27,499 bases of DNA from an uncultured virus (IMG/VR IMGVR_UViG_3300025030_000069) (Duplodnaviria > Heunggongvirae > Uroviricota > Caudoviricetes > Crassvirales): the IMG/VR virus record IMGVR_UViG_3300025030_000069; one strand, given 5' to 3'. The position numbers were made by a program, and so were the translations under genes. This document shows positions 8,535 to 17,066 of the stretch, piece after piece (within the stretch, counting starts at the first letter, position 1; each line of letters opens with the position of its first letter). The notes under the pieces are model-generated. The model was given only the letters and a program-made list of their open reading frames with translations. It was not told the origin of the DNA and did not search any database.

Positions 8535-10022
8535 ATGAAAATTTCACCATTTCAAATGACGGAAGCACAGAGTTGGGCAGGTTTGACAACTACCAATCAC
8601 CTTGGAGCCATTTATCAGGCAGCCCCTCAAGTAGCTTCTAAAGTGATGAGTCAAATTCACCAAACCAACTTCGGTTTGAATTTGGACACTTATCTTAATA
8701 AATTCAGTCCTATTTATCTGGACACAGATGACGATTTTACATGGGAACTTATTGGAACAGCTAAAAAGAATATACCTGTAGTAGAAGCTCGTGTTTCTGG
8801 TACAGCTATTACTGCTGCTGATGAACCCGGTAAAAACTTTACCGAATTTGAAATTGTATTTCCTGAACAATGGTTCTCTGATGAGAATATAATTGTAGGA
8901 GAAAGGAATGAAAAATATCCTGTACAAATTCAAGCAGATCCTACACCAGAAGGAAGTAACTGGGTATATCGTGTGAAACTTATCACAGGAGACCCTGATT
9001 TGTTTTTCCCTTATGATGAATTAACTGCTGGTAAACGATTCTCTAAAGAATGGTCACTTGTAGAACAAACTTTGTCTAAAAAAGGTGGAGGAATTAATTT
9101 TACTTCTCCTTTCAAGATGAGGAATGCGTTTTCCATGATTCGTATGCAACATACAGTTCCTGGAAATATAATTAATCGTCCAATGGCTACCAAATGGCAA
9201 GTATCAGACAGTGAATCAGGTGCTCTTAAAACTTATAGTACTTGGACACAATATGAAGATTATCAATTTGATAATCAATTTAGGTTAGAACAACTTCGTC
9301 TTTTAATGTATTCAACTGCAAATAAAAAAGATGATGGTTCTTATGCCAATATTGGTAAATCAGGACACATTAAAAAACAAGGAGCTGGTATTCGTCAGCA
9401 AATGGAAGCAAGTAATACTAATTATTACAATACTTTCTCTATTCAACTTTTGTTGGATGTTCTGATGGATCTTTCTGAAGGTAAACTTCCTGGCGATCAA
9501 CGTGAATTTGTACTTCATACAGGAGAACGTGGTGCTGTTCAATTCCACTTAGCTCTTCAGGATTTTGCTCAATTGTTTACTCCTTTGAGAAATGAAAGTC
9601 GTATGTATAGTGCATCTGGAGCAAATGGTGTGAAAATGCCACTTGGTTATGGTGGACAGTTTATTGAATATATGGGGCCACAAGGGATTAAAGTTAATCT
9701 TTTTGTAGATTCTATTTATGATGATAGGGAAAGGCATAAAATCTATCACAGTGATGGAGGTGTTGCTGAATCTTACAGATATGACATTATGGACGTAGGT
9801 ACTTCTAGTGGAGAACCTAATATTCGTAAGATATATGTAAAAGGTAATGAAGATGGTATGGGTTATGAGCCAGGACTTCGTAATCCTTTCTCCCCAAGTG
9901 GTGAGAGGAATATTATGGCTCACTCAACTGATGGTTACACTTGTCACCGTTGGGCAATTGCAGGTGCTATGGTAAAAGATCCTAGCAGAACTGCACAATT
10001 GATTCCTTCAGTACTTCAGTAA
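8535..10022 (+). CDS. Major capsid protein (crAss-like)
   Basis: 495 aa; motifs WAGLTTTNHLGAIY, EGSNWVYRVKLITG, GKRFSKEWSLVE, GAGIRQQME, FVLHTGERGAVQF, GGVAESYRYDI, MVKDP; CGT-rich Arg usage; followed by a terminator. Confidence 0.92.
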   Translation: MKISPFQMTEAQSWAGLTTTNHLGAIYQAAPQVASKVMSQIHQTNFGLNLDTYLNKFSPIYLDTDDDFTWELIGTAKKNIPVVEARVSGTAITAADEPGKNFTEFEIVFPEQWFSDENIIVGERNEKYPVQIQADPTPEGSNWVYRVKLITGDPDLFFPYDELTAGKRFSKEWSLVEQTLSKKGGGINFTSPFKMRNAFSMIRMQHTVPGNIINRPMATKWQVSDSESGALKTYSTWTQYEDYQFDNQFRLEQLRLLMYSTANKKDDGSYANIGKSGHIKKQGAGIRQQMEASNTNYYNTFSIQLLLDVLMDLSEGKLPGDQREFVLHTGERGAVQFHLALQDFAQLFTPLRNESRMYSASGANGVKMPLGYGGQFIEYMGPQGIKVNLFVDSIYDDRERHKIYHSDGGVAESYRYDIMDVGTSSGEPNIRKIYVKGNEDGMGYEPGLRNPFSPSGERNIMAHSTDGYTCHRWAIAGAMVKDPSRTAQLIPSVLQ

Positions 10023-10033
10023 TCAATAATAAT

Positions 10034-10065
10034 TTTGGTTGGTGCAGAGATTTAACTTATCTTTG
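10034..10065 (+). promoter_or_regulatory. Bacteroidota primary-sigma-type promoter (TTTG-N20-TATCTTTG)
   Basis: TTTG 10034-10037 and TATCTTTG 10058-10065 with a 20-nt spacer, 44 bp before ATG 10110. Confidence 0.6.
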
Positions 10066-10078
10066 CACCAACTTTTAT
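10038..10078 (+). terminator. Probable intrinsic terminator after the major capsid gene
   Basis: 14-bp stem GTTGGTGCAGAGAT (10038-10051) / ATCTTTGCACCAAC (10059-10072) with one G-U pair, 7-nt loop, then TTTTAT. Confidence 0.7.
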
Positions 10079-10109
10079 AATAATTAACAATTTAAACAAA
10101 CAAAAACAA

Positions 10110-10982
10110 ATGGAGACGAAAGTAATGGAGAATACTTTTATGCTGCCTAAGAAAATTATCTTAGTGCAACCAGTAAGACGCAGAGGGGGTTGGATCCCTA
10201 TAGGTCATGAAGCTGACTTTTTATTTAAACATTCTTATTTTTCTGTAGTAGTTCCTAAATTACAATCAGGAATGTTAAAAGATCCTTTGACAGATGAAGA
10301 AAGAGATTTCTTTGAATCAACTAAAAGCGGAATGGCTCTTAAACCTGGTGAATTATCTATTTATAAAAAAGATAATAATTACTGGAATAAATTCAGAGTT
10401 AAATTGACAAAAGAAGTACTTAGGTTAGATTTATCTAATCCTATGGACTATATAAAATACAAAGTTCTTTTAAGTAATTCAGATGTAATTGCACCATCAT
10501 CAGCAGAGAAATTTAAAAAGGCAACTTATAAATTTGCACTTGTTGAAGAAGGACAAATGGATCAGGATTTAGTTAAATCAGCTAAAAATAAAAAAGAAGC
10601 TTACAGAGCTTTTGGTAAAATGGACAATTCACCTGAAAAACTAAAAGATTTCTTAGGTGTATATTACACATTGAAACCAGGTGGAAAATCAATTCCTGTT
10701 AATGCAAAATTAGATTTCTTAATTGCAGAAACAGAAAAAATTATTGATGCTGATTTGGAAACTTTTTTGACAATCTTAAACGATAAGGATTACGAAACTA
10801 AGATTATGATTAATAAAGCAATTAGAGCTAAAGCTCTTGAAAGAGAAAAATCAGTTTATAGAACTCCTGAAGGTATTACTATAGGTGAGAATCTTAATCA
10901 AGCAATTGCTTATTTAAATAATCCATTAAATTCAGAAGAAATAATTAAAATACAAACAAGAATTGATACTTCTAAAGTATAA
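10110..10982 (+). CDS. Conserved crAss-like protein following the capsid gene (function unknown)
   Basis: 290 aa; PLTDEERDFFE, LSIYKKDNNYW and LDLSNPMDYIKYKVLL resemble the conserved gene immediately after the MCP in crAss-like phages. Confidence 0.7.
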   Translation: METKVMENTFMLPKKIILVQPVRRRGGWIPIGHEADFLFKHSYFSVVVPKLQSGMLKDPLTDEERDFFESTKSGMALKPGELSIYKKDNNYWNKFRVKLTKEVLRLDLSNPMDYIKYKVLLSNSDVIAPSSAEKFKKATYKFALVEEGQMDQDLVKSAKNKKEAYRAFGKMDNSPEKLKDFLGVYYTLKPGGKSIPVNAKLDFLIAETEKIIDADLETFLTILNDKDYETKIMINKAIRAKALEREKSVYRTPEGITIGENLNQAIAYLNNPLNSEEIIKIQTRIDTSKV

Positions 10983-10986
10983 TTAA

Positions 10987-11691
10987 ATGACAGCAGCAGA
11001 ATTTAAATCCCAGTTTCTTATTCTCTATGATAAAGTAGCGAATCTCAGTGCACCTCCATATGAAGATTCAGAAATTGAGACATTTTTAAACATGGCTCAA
11101 TTAGAATTTGTTAAAAGTCATTATAATTATAAAAAAAATAAAGAAAAAGAAGGTACTGAAGAAACTGAAAATCGAAGAAAAGAATTAGTTTCTTTAGTTA
11201 GATATAGTACTCTTTCTCCTTCAACTTCTCAATCAGGAGTATTTCCCAATGGAGTTGTATTTGATTTGCCGACAGAATTAATGTACACATTAACTGAAAA
11301 TGCTGTTATAGCTTCTGATGATGATTGTATAGACGGAAATGTTGTAGAAATTAAACCTATTACTCACGATGAGTATAATGCTTATATTAAAAATCCTTTT
11401 AAGAAACCGGATTCTTCTCTTATTTGGAGATTAGATTTTGGTTATAAGTCTTCTAAAATAAAGCATGAATTAATAACAGGAGACGATTATACAATAACTA
11501 CCTATAATTTAAGATATCTTAAAATTCCAAATAAAATTCAATTGCCTTCAGGAACAATCTTAGGAATAACTTCAGAACTTAATCCGATAGTTCATGATGC
11601 AATAGTTAATATAGCAGTAAGAATGGCAACAGCAGTTACAAAACCTGAAGCTTATCAAGTTGCTGCAACAGAACAACAAATTTCAGAATAA
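10987..11691 (+). CDS. Tail ring/adaptor protein (crAss-like)
   Basis: 234 aa; F..LYDKV...APPYEDSEIETFLNMAQ, NPFKKP, YNLRYLKIP, ELNPIVHDAIVNIAV; expected position two genes after the MCP. Confidence 0.75.
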   Translation: MTAAEFKSQFLILYDKVANLSAPPYEDSEIETFLNMAQLEFVKSHYNYKKNKEKEGTEETENRRKELVSLVRYSTLSPSTSQSGVFPNGVVFDLPTELMYTLTENAVIASDDDCIDGNVVEIKPITHDEYNAYIKNPFKKPDSSLIWRLDFGYKSSKIKHELITGDDYTITTYNLRYLKIPNKIQLPSGTILGITSELNPIVHDAIVNIAVRMATAVTKPEAYQVAATEQQISE

Positions 11692-11716
11692 TTAATAATT
11701 TAAAAATTAAAATAAA

Positions 11717-13276
11717 ATGGCAAGTTTAAAAAAAGTAACAAGAACTAATTTTAAGCCAACCACTTCAGCAAATGCTATTCTCGTAAGAGCAAAGCAATTT
11801 AATGAATTGATTGATGATTTAGAATTAGGAACAGGTGACATTACTGCAAATGACGTGAATGTATCAGGTGATTTGACGGTAACAGGTACTACTACCTTAA
11901 ATGGTAGTTTAGTATTGGGTGATGCAGCAGCAGACAGTTTAACTGTTAATGCTACGGTTACTCAAGGTGCTCCAGTAAATTATTCAAATGCAACAACTAT
12001 TTCTGCTGGTGCAACTCAAACTATGGCAGGAGCTACAGCATTAACTGAAGAAATTAATAATGTAACTACTGTAACAACTGCTAATGATGGAGTTAAACTT
12101 CCAACAGCAGTAGCAGGACTTCACATTTATGTAAAAAATAGTGGAGCAAATAATTTAAGAGTTTGGACAGGTAATGCCGATGATGCTATTGATGCTCAAG
12201 CAGCAACAGCATTAGGTCGTTATGTTCTTATTACTCCAGGAGCTTCTTTAGATTTTTATGCCAAAGATGCTATAACTTGGGAAACTACTAAAGATGCAAG
12301 TATTTCAATTTCTGCTCCTACATCTGCAAAAGGTGTATTACAAGTATTAGCTGCTGATTCAACAGGAGATACAGTAACTACAATTACAAATGCTTCTCAA
12401 GCAGCAGCAAGAACATATACTATTCCTGATGCAGGAACAGCAGCAAGTTTTGTAATGACAGAAGGTGCGCAAACTATTAATGGCGCTAAAACTTTAGGTT
12501 CGGTATTGCTTGGTCCAGATGGAACAGGTTTATTGCCAACATATAGTTTTACAAATGACCCTAATACAGGTATGTTTAGTTCAGGGGCAAATGCTATTGG
12601 TTTTGCAACTGATGGAACAGAAAGATGGATTATTAATTCTTCCGGAGCATTTAATCCATTAACAGATAATGCTAACGATATTGGTAATGGAACAGTAAAT
12701 CCAAGAGATATTTATATTACAAGAGGTATTAAAGGCATAAGTGCAAACTTTGGAGTAAGAGGTATTGCAGATGCAACTTGTACTTTAGCAACATATACTA
12801 CAGGTAAAGATATAATCTCTATTATAACTCTTACTAATTTTATAGTAGGAAATATGGGAGCAGCAGCAGCCGCAAAAGCTTTTGGAAATCTTATTTTTAC
12901 ATTTCCGGCAGGAGCACATCTTTATACTATTACTCAATTTAATGTAGGATTTACAGGTGCAGGAACTGCTAATACACCTGATGTAGGATTAGGTAGTGAA
13001 ATTGCTTCTGGAGTTGTGGCTACATTAAATCTTGCAGGTACAGGAACAGGATTAAGTGAAGATTATATAACAGGACAAACAGCTAATGATATTGCAGGAA
13101 CAGCGGAAGTTATTATGTTAGCTCCTACAGCAGGTCTTTATACAGGAATAGCTCTTAATCAAGCAGCAAATGTAAAATTACTTCATCTTAATGCAGCTTC
13201 TACATGGGCAGCTGATAATAGCGATAATTTAACTGCTACAGGAACTATTACTCTTAAATGGTCAATAATGGCTTAA
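11717..13276 (+). CDS. Fibre/decoration-type structural protein
   Basis: 519 aa rich in Ala/Gly/Thr; fibre-type motifs VSGDLTVTGTTT, RTYTIPDA..., AQTINGAKT, PTYSFTNDPNTGMF...GFATDGTER; N-terminus shared with the 17067 protein. Confidence 0.7.
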   Translation: MASLKKVTRTNFKPTTSANAILVRAKQFNELIDDLELGTGDITANDVNVSGDLTVTGTTTLNGSLVLGDAAADSLTVNATVTQGAPVNYSNATTISAGATQTMAGATALTEEINNVTTVTTANDGVKLPTAVAGLHIYVKNSGANNLRVWTGNADDAIDAQAATALGRYVLITPGASLDFYAKDAITWETTKDASISISAPTSAKGVLQVLAADSTGDTVTTITNASQAAARTYTIPDAGTAASFVMTEGAQTINGAKTLGSVLLGPDGTGLLPTYSFTNDPNTGMFSSGANAIGFATDGTERWIINSSGAFNPLTDNANDIGNGTVNPRDIYITRGIKGISANFGVRGIADATCTLATYTTGKDIISIITLTNFIVGNMGAAAAAKAFGNLIFTFPAGAHLYTITQFNVGFTGAGTANTPDVGLGSEIASGVVATLNLAGTGTGLSEDYITGQTANDIAGTAEVIMLAPTAGLYTGIALNQAANVKLLHLNAASTWAADNSDNLTATGTITLKWSIMA

Positions 13277-13303
13277 TAATTATAAAAACTAAAAGAAAAT
13301 TTT

Positions 13304-13654
13304 ATGAAATTGAGGCAATTAGTAGAAAGTAAAACAGTGTTGGAGACACTGATGAAAAGTTCACTACCAATTAATATTGCATGGGAACTAAGAACATTTA
13401 TAAAAATAATTAATCCTGAATTAACATCTTTTGATGAAATTAAAAATGATAAAATTAAAGAACTTGGAGAAACAATTTCAGAAGGAAATATTAAAGTAAA
13501 AGATGAAAACATTCCAGAATTTATTAAATGCTTAAATGAACTCTTAGATAAAGAATTGGACATTAAAATACCACAGATTAAAATAGGTGATATGAAAGAT
13601 GTATCAATATCCCCCGCAGAATTACTGATATTGGACTACTTATTCACCGCATAA
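13304..13654 (+). CDS. Small helical phage protein (DUF1617-like, possibly fibre-associated chaperone)
   Basis: 116 aa; LPINIAWEL...ELTSFDEIKNDKIKELGE...EFIKCLNELLDKELDI...ISPAELLIL pattern typical of small genes following fibre genes. Function is inference. Confidence 0.55.
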   Translation: MKLRQLVESKTVLETLMKSSLPINIAWELRTFIKIINPELTSFDEIKNDKIKELGETISEGNIKVKDENIPEFIKCLNELLDKELDIKIPQIKIGDMKDVSISPAELLILDYLFTA

Positions 13655-13679
13655 TTAACAATATAAATAACTAAATAAA

Positions 13680-14375
13680 ATGGCAGTTTCACAATCATAT
13701 ATTCCAAATACTTCTGGAATATATACTATTACAAATATTGTAAATAGTAAAATGATTGTTGGTTATACTACTAATCTTTCAAGAAGAAAATTAGATCATT
13801 TTTATAAATTAAGAAACAATAAACATGGAAGTATTCATTTCCAAAACGCTTTTAATAAATATGGTGAATCTAATTTTAAATTTGAAGTATTAGAGGAATG
13901 CGATGAAGAATTCTTATGTTCACAAGAAAATTACTGGTGTAATATTCTTAATACTCATAATTCAAAATATGGATATAATATTGCAGCAACTAATCCTAAT
14001 AGAAGACTTTATAAATTAAATTCTGAAAGATTACTTAAAGTAAGTAATGCAGGTAAAAGAAAAATGTCTGAAGAAACCAAAAAGAAAATAGGAGATAAAA
14101 TGATTGGTAATACAAGGGCATTAGGATTAAAAAGAAGTAAAGAGTCTGTAATAAAAGGACTTATTACAAAAGCAAATATGTTTAATAAACAAAGAAAACC
14201 TGTTTTACAATTTGATTTATTTGGTAATTTTATTAAAGAATTTCCTTCTACAACATCAACTAAAAAAGAAGGATTTAGAGTAAAAGAAATAGGTTTAGTT
14301 TGTAAAGGAAAACATAAACAACATCATGGATATATTTGGAAATATAAAAATAATAATACTAACAATTTAAAATAA
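13680..14375 (+). CDS. Free-standing GIY-YIG homing endonuclease with NUMOD3- and NUMOD1-like DNA-binding modules
   Basis: SGIYTITN..NSKMIVG, LSRRKLDH, FQNAFNKYGESNFKFEVLEEC, QENYW, YGYNI; MSEETKKKIG; KPVLQFDLFGNFIKEFPS...CKGK....GYIWKYK. Confidence 0.9.
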   Translation: MAVSQSYIPNTSGIYTITNIVNSKMIVGYTTNLSRRKLDHFYKLRNNKHGSIHFQNAFNKYGESNFKFEVLEECDEEFLCSQENYWCNILNTHNSKYGYNIAATNPNRRLYKLNSERLLKVSNAGKRKMSEETKKKIGDKMIGNTRALGLKRSKESVIKGLITKANMFNKQRKPVLQFDLFGNFIKEFPSTTSTKKEGFRVKEIGLVCKGKHKQHHGYIWKYKNNNTNNLK

Positions 14376-14381
14376 AAAATT

Positions 14382-14954
14382 ATGGCAGTAAGTCAATATA
14401 CATCTTCAAGTGGAACACTGATAGATGGAATCATGTTATTAAATGGAACTATAGATCTAAATGGTGTAAACAATGCTTTAATTTTAGATGCCGATGGGGA
14501 CACTCATATTTCTGCAAGTACAGCAAATCAAATTGATTTTTCCATAGCAGGATTAGATAATTTTACTATGACAACTAACTCTCTAAATATATTAGATGGT
14601 AGTGTTGTAGCAGGAGCAGGTTCTAATTACTTTTTTATGAGTCCAATAGCAGCACAAGAGAATTTGTCAGGTGCAGGAGCTATCAGTGTAGCAACAAAAA
14701 ATACATTTTGGACTACTACAGCTGCTGATGCAGGAACTCTTGCTGATGGTAAAAAGGGTCAATTTAAAGTAATTACTATGACAGTTGATGGTGGAGACGG
14801 TACTCTCACACCAACTAATTTAGCTTCAGGCACTACTATTACATTTAGTAATGTAGGAGATACAGCAGAACTGTATTTTAACGGAACTGATTGGGTTGCG
14901 GTGGCTTTGTACAATATGGCTACTGGAGCAATTACAACTCCAATTTTAGCATAA
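14382..14954 (+). CDS. Small virion structural (fibre/decoration-like) protein
   Basis: 190 aa, Gly/Thr/Ala-rich beta-type; LILDADGDTHI and GDGTLTPTNLASGTTITFSNVGDTAELYFNGTDW are structural-protein-like; lies in the virion module. Confidence 0.6.
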   Translation: MAVSQYTSSSGTLIDGIMLLNGTIDLNGVNNALILDADGDTHISASTANQIDFSIAGLDNFTMTTNSLNILDGSVVAGAGSNYFFMSPIAAQENLSGAGAISVATKNTFWTTTAADAGTLADGKKGQFKVITMTVDGGDGTLTPTNLASGTTITFSNVGDTAELYFNGTDWVAVALYNMATGAITTPILA

Positions 14955-15002
14955 AATAAACAATAAATAAAAATATTAATTAACAATTTAAATTAAATTA
15001 AA

Positions 15003-16388
15003 ATGAACACACAAGTAAACAATGTAGATTATGTAATGATTGGGGCAGAATTATCCGCTACTGAAGCAAATATCTATACAATGAATGATTTGGGAGTAGG
15101 AGATATTCGTCTTTTTACTCCTGGAGGAAAACCTCTTGGAACTAACTTAGCAGGTGGAGCATCAGCAGATCCTGCCGCAGGTGCAAAATTTATAGTTGCT
15201 GTTGGAGGAACTGGGGGAAAACCTTATTTTGTATCTGATGTAATTGATGGCTCTAAAATCATTAAAGTTAGTGCAGTAGGATATGGTGCAGCTACTGATG
15301 ATGCAGAACAATTAGATTACATTGGTTCTAATGGAACTGCTGGTTCTATTCAGGCAGTAGATGATACTCTTTATTATGCCACTGTTTATATTGAAGATTA
15401 TCTTCGTTCTTCTCATGATGGAAGGTATAATAAGCATTTTGCTTATGAAACAGGTACAGGTGCAACTCAATCTGAAATTGCTCTTGGATTAGCAAAAAAT
15501 GGTACAGAGAATTTTTCTAAAGAAGTACAATTTAATAGCCTTCCTCCTATTTCTTTTAAAGCAGTTTGTGATGATGCAGGTGCAATTATACCTACAGGAA
15601 CTGGTACAGTAGCTGTAAATAAAGGATCAACAATTATAACTTTTTTGACTGATGTTGCTGATGCAACTGGAGCAACTTTGTTACTAGTTAATGAATTTTT
15701 GAGATTTGGAACTGGAGTAACTTCTCCTGTATATAAAATCATGTCAATTGATACTGCTGCCGATACAATTACTTTAGATCGTCCTTATGCAGAAGTTTCT
15801 AATAGTGCTGTAGCTAATAACACAATTGAAAGAATTACTGTTGCTCTTGGAGCTGCTGCTAATTGGGGTGTTGCTCTTACAGGTAATCCTCTTGAATTTG
15901 TAGCTGGTAAAAATTCTCATAAAAAAATGCGTTGGACTCTTTCTTTGAAAGATTTTGGTACAACTACAATTACAGGAATTAATACTACTAGGGCTTATGA
16001 AGGTGCTGGTGGAGAAGTTAATCAAGTTGCTCAACACGAATATTTTTGTAATGGTTTCAAAGGAGAAATTTATCGTACTGGTGGACCTGAAATTCATTCT
16101 TTTACTTCTAAAGTAAACGCAAGTGTAGCAGGTAGTGGTTATGATGTTACTCGCATCACTTATACAAGTGATGATGTTGTGGGATTTCATAATGAAGTAA
16201 GTCCTAAAACACTTACTATTTATACTCCTGCAACTGCTCCTGATTATATGACTGAAACAATGGCTAATGGCGGTGTATGGCTTTGTTTAGAAACTATTGC
16301 TGGTGTAAGTAAATGCTTTGGAGTTGCCCAAGCAACTGGTGTAGTTACTACTAATACAGCAACTTGTTTAAGTTCAGCTACTACCTAA
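15003..16388 (+). CDS. Probable auxiliary capsid (cement) protein
   Basis: 461 aa; position after the ring gene and before tail-hub-like gene matches crAss-like gene order; CGT-biased Arg codons like the MCP and followed by a terminator, consistent with high copy number. Confidence 0.55.
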   Translation: MNTQVNNVDYVMIGAELSATEANIYTMNDLGVGDIRLFTPGGKPLGTNLAGGASADPAAGAKFIVAVGGTGGKPYFVSDVIDGSKIIKVSAVGYGAATDDAEQLDYIGSNGTAGSIQAVDDTLYYATVYIEDYLRSSHDGRYNKHFAYETGTGATQSEIALGLAKNGTENFSKEVQFNSLPPISFKAVCDDAGAIIPTGTGTVAVNKGSTIITFLTDVADATGATLLLVNEFLRFGTGVTSPVYKIMSIDTAADTITLDRPYAEVSNSAVANNTIERITVALGAAANWGVALTGNPLEFVAGKNSHKKMRWTLSLKDFGTTTITGINTTRAYEGAGGEVNQVAQHEYFCNGFKGEIYRTGGPEIHSFTSKVNASVAGSGYDVTRITYTSDDVVGFHNEVSPKTLTIYTPATAPDYMTETMANGGVWLCLETIAGVSKCFGVAQATGVVTTNTATCLSSATT

Positions 16389-16410
16389 TAGAAATAGTTT
16401 ATTAATAATA

Positions 16411-16452
16411 TGTAATATATCCTGGGGTGAAACTCCCCAGGATTTTATTACA
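16411..16452 (+). terminator. Probable intrinsic terminator
   Basis: Stem ATCCTGGGG (16419-16427) / CCCCAGGAT (16435-16443), 7-nt loop, T-rich tail; outer TGTAATA/TATTACA can extend the stem. Confidence 0.8.
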
Positions 16453-16482
16453 ATTCTTTCCTAACTTTAACTCTTGTTTCTA

Positions 16483-17058
16483 ATGCCTACTTTAGATTTT
16501 AATATATCTCAATCGGATAACTCAAGAGAACTAACTTTTACTAACCAAACAGGATTATATAATATATCTACTAATCCGGGTGGTTATACCCCTTCTAATA
16601 TTTCTAATATCACATCTTCAGTTCTTACTATAACTGACCCTGATGAAGAAGTATATACATTGAGTATATTTGCAAGTGGATTTCCAACTACAGATACTAC
16701 AAAAGAAAAAACAATAAGAACTCAGGATTTAGGATTAACTGCCGATGAACAATTTACTGATGGTAAATGGATATTTACTCTTACTGAAGTTCAAGGAGCC
16801 AATACTTATACTACAACACAGACTATTTTATTATTGGGACAATCCAGATGTTGTGTTGCAGGTTTAATGGCTGGTGCAGATGTCAGTTGTTGTAATTGTG
16901 GTAATAATAGTATGGCTACTGCATTAGAAGCATATACATGGTATAGAGTAGCTATTGCAGCTGCTGCTTGTGGTAATTCAGCTAAATTTGATAAAATTAT
17001 TGATGTTATTGATAAATATTGCAATTCAGAATGCAGATCGTGTGGAACTTGTAATTAA
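16483..17058 (+). CDS. Tail-hub-like structural protein with Cys-rich C-terminus
   Basis: ATG 16483 (MPTLDF) preferred over TTG 16474; N-terminal beta domain (TGLYN..TNPGGY, FTDGKW), ends YCNSECRSCGTCN; position after the auxiliary capsid gene. Confidence 0.55.
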   Translation: MPTLDFNISQSDNSRELTFTNQTGLYNISTNPGGYTPSNISNITSSVLTITDPDEEVYTLSIFASGFPTTDTTKEKTIRTQDLGLTADEQFTDGKWIFTLTEVQGANTYTTTQTILLLGQSRCCVAGLMAGADVSCCNCGNNSMATALEAYTWYRVAIAAAACGNSAKFDKIIDVIDKYCNSECRSCGTCN

Positions 17059-17066
17059 TTATTATT

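Noticed and set aside
9956..10037. Possible third copy of the 22-bp box (GCTATG at 9966) before TAATTTTG at 10030
   Set aside because: Only a short match inside the MCP coding sequence, with spacing of 64 bp versus 56-57 bp in the two real copies.
13655..14381. Group I intron housing the GIY-YIG gene
   Set aside because: Flanking non-coding DNA is only 25 and 6 bp and A/T-rich, leaving no room for a ribozyme core.
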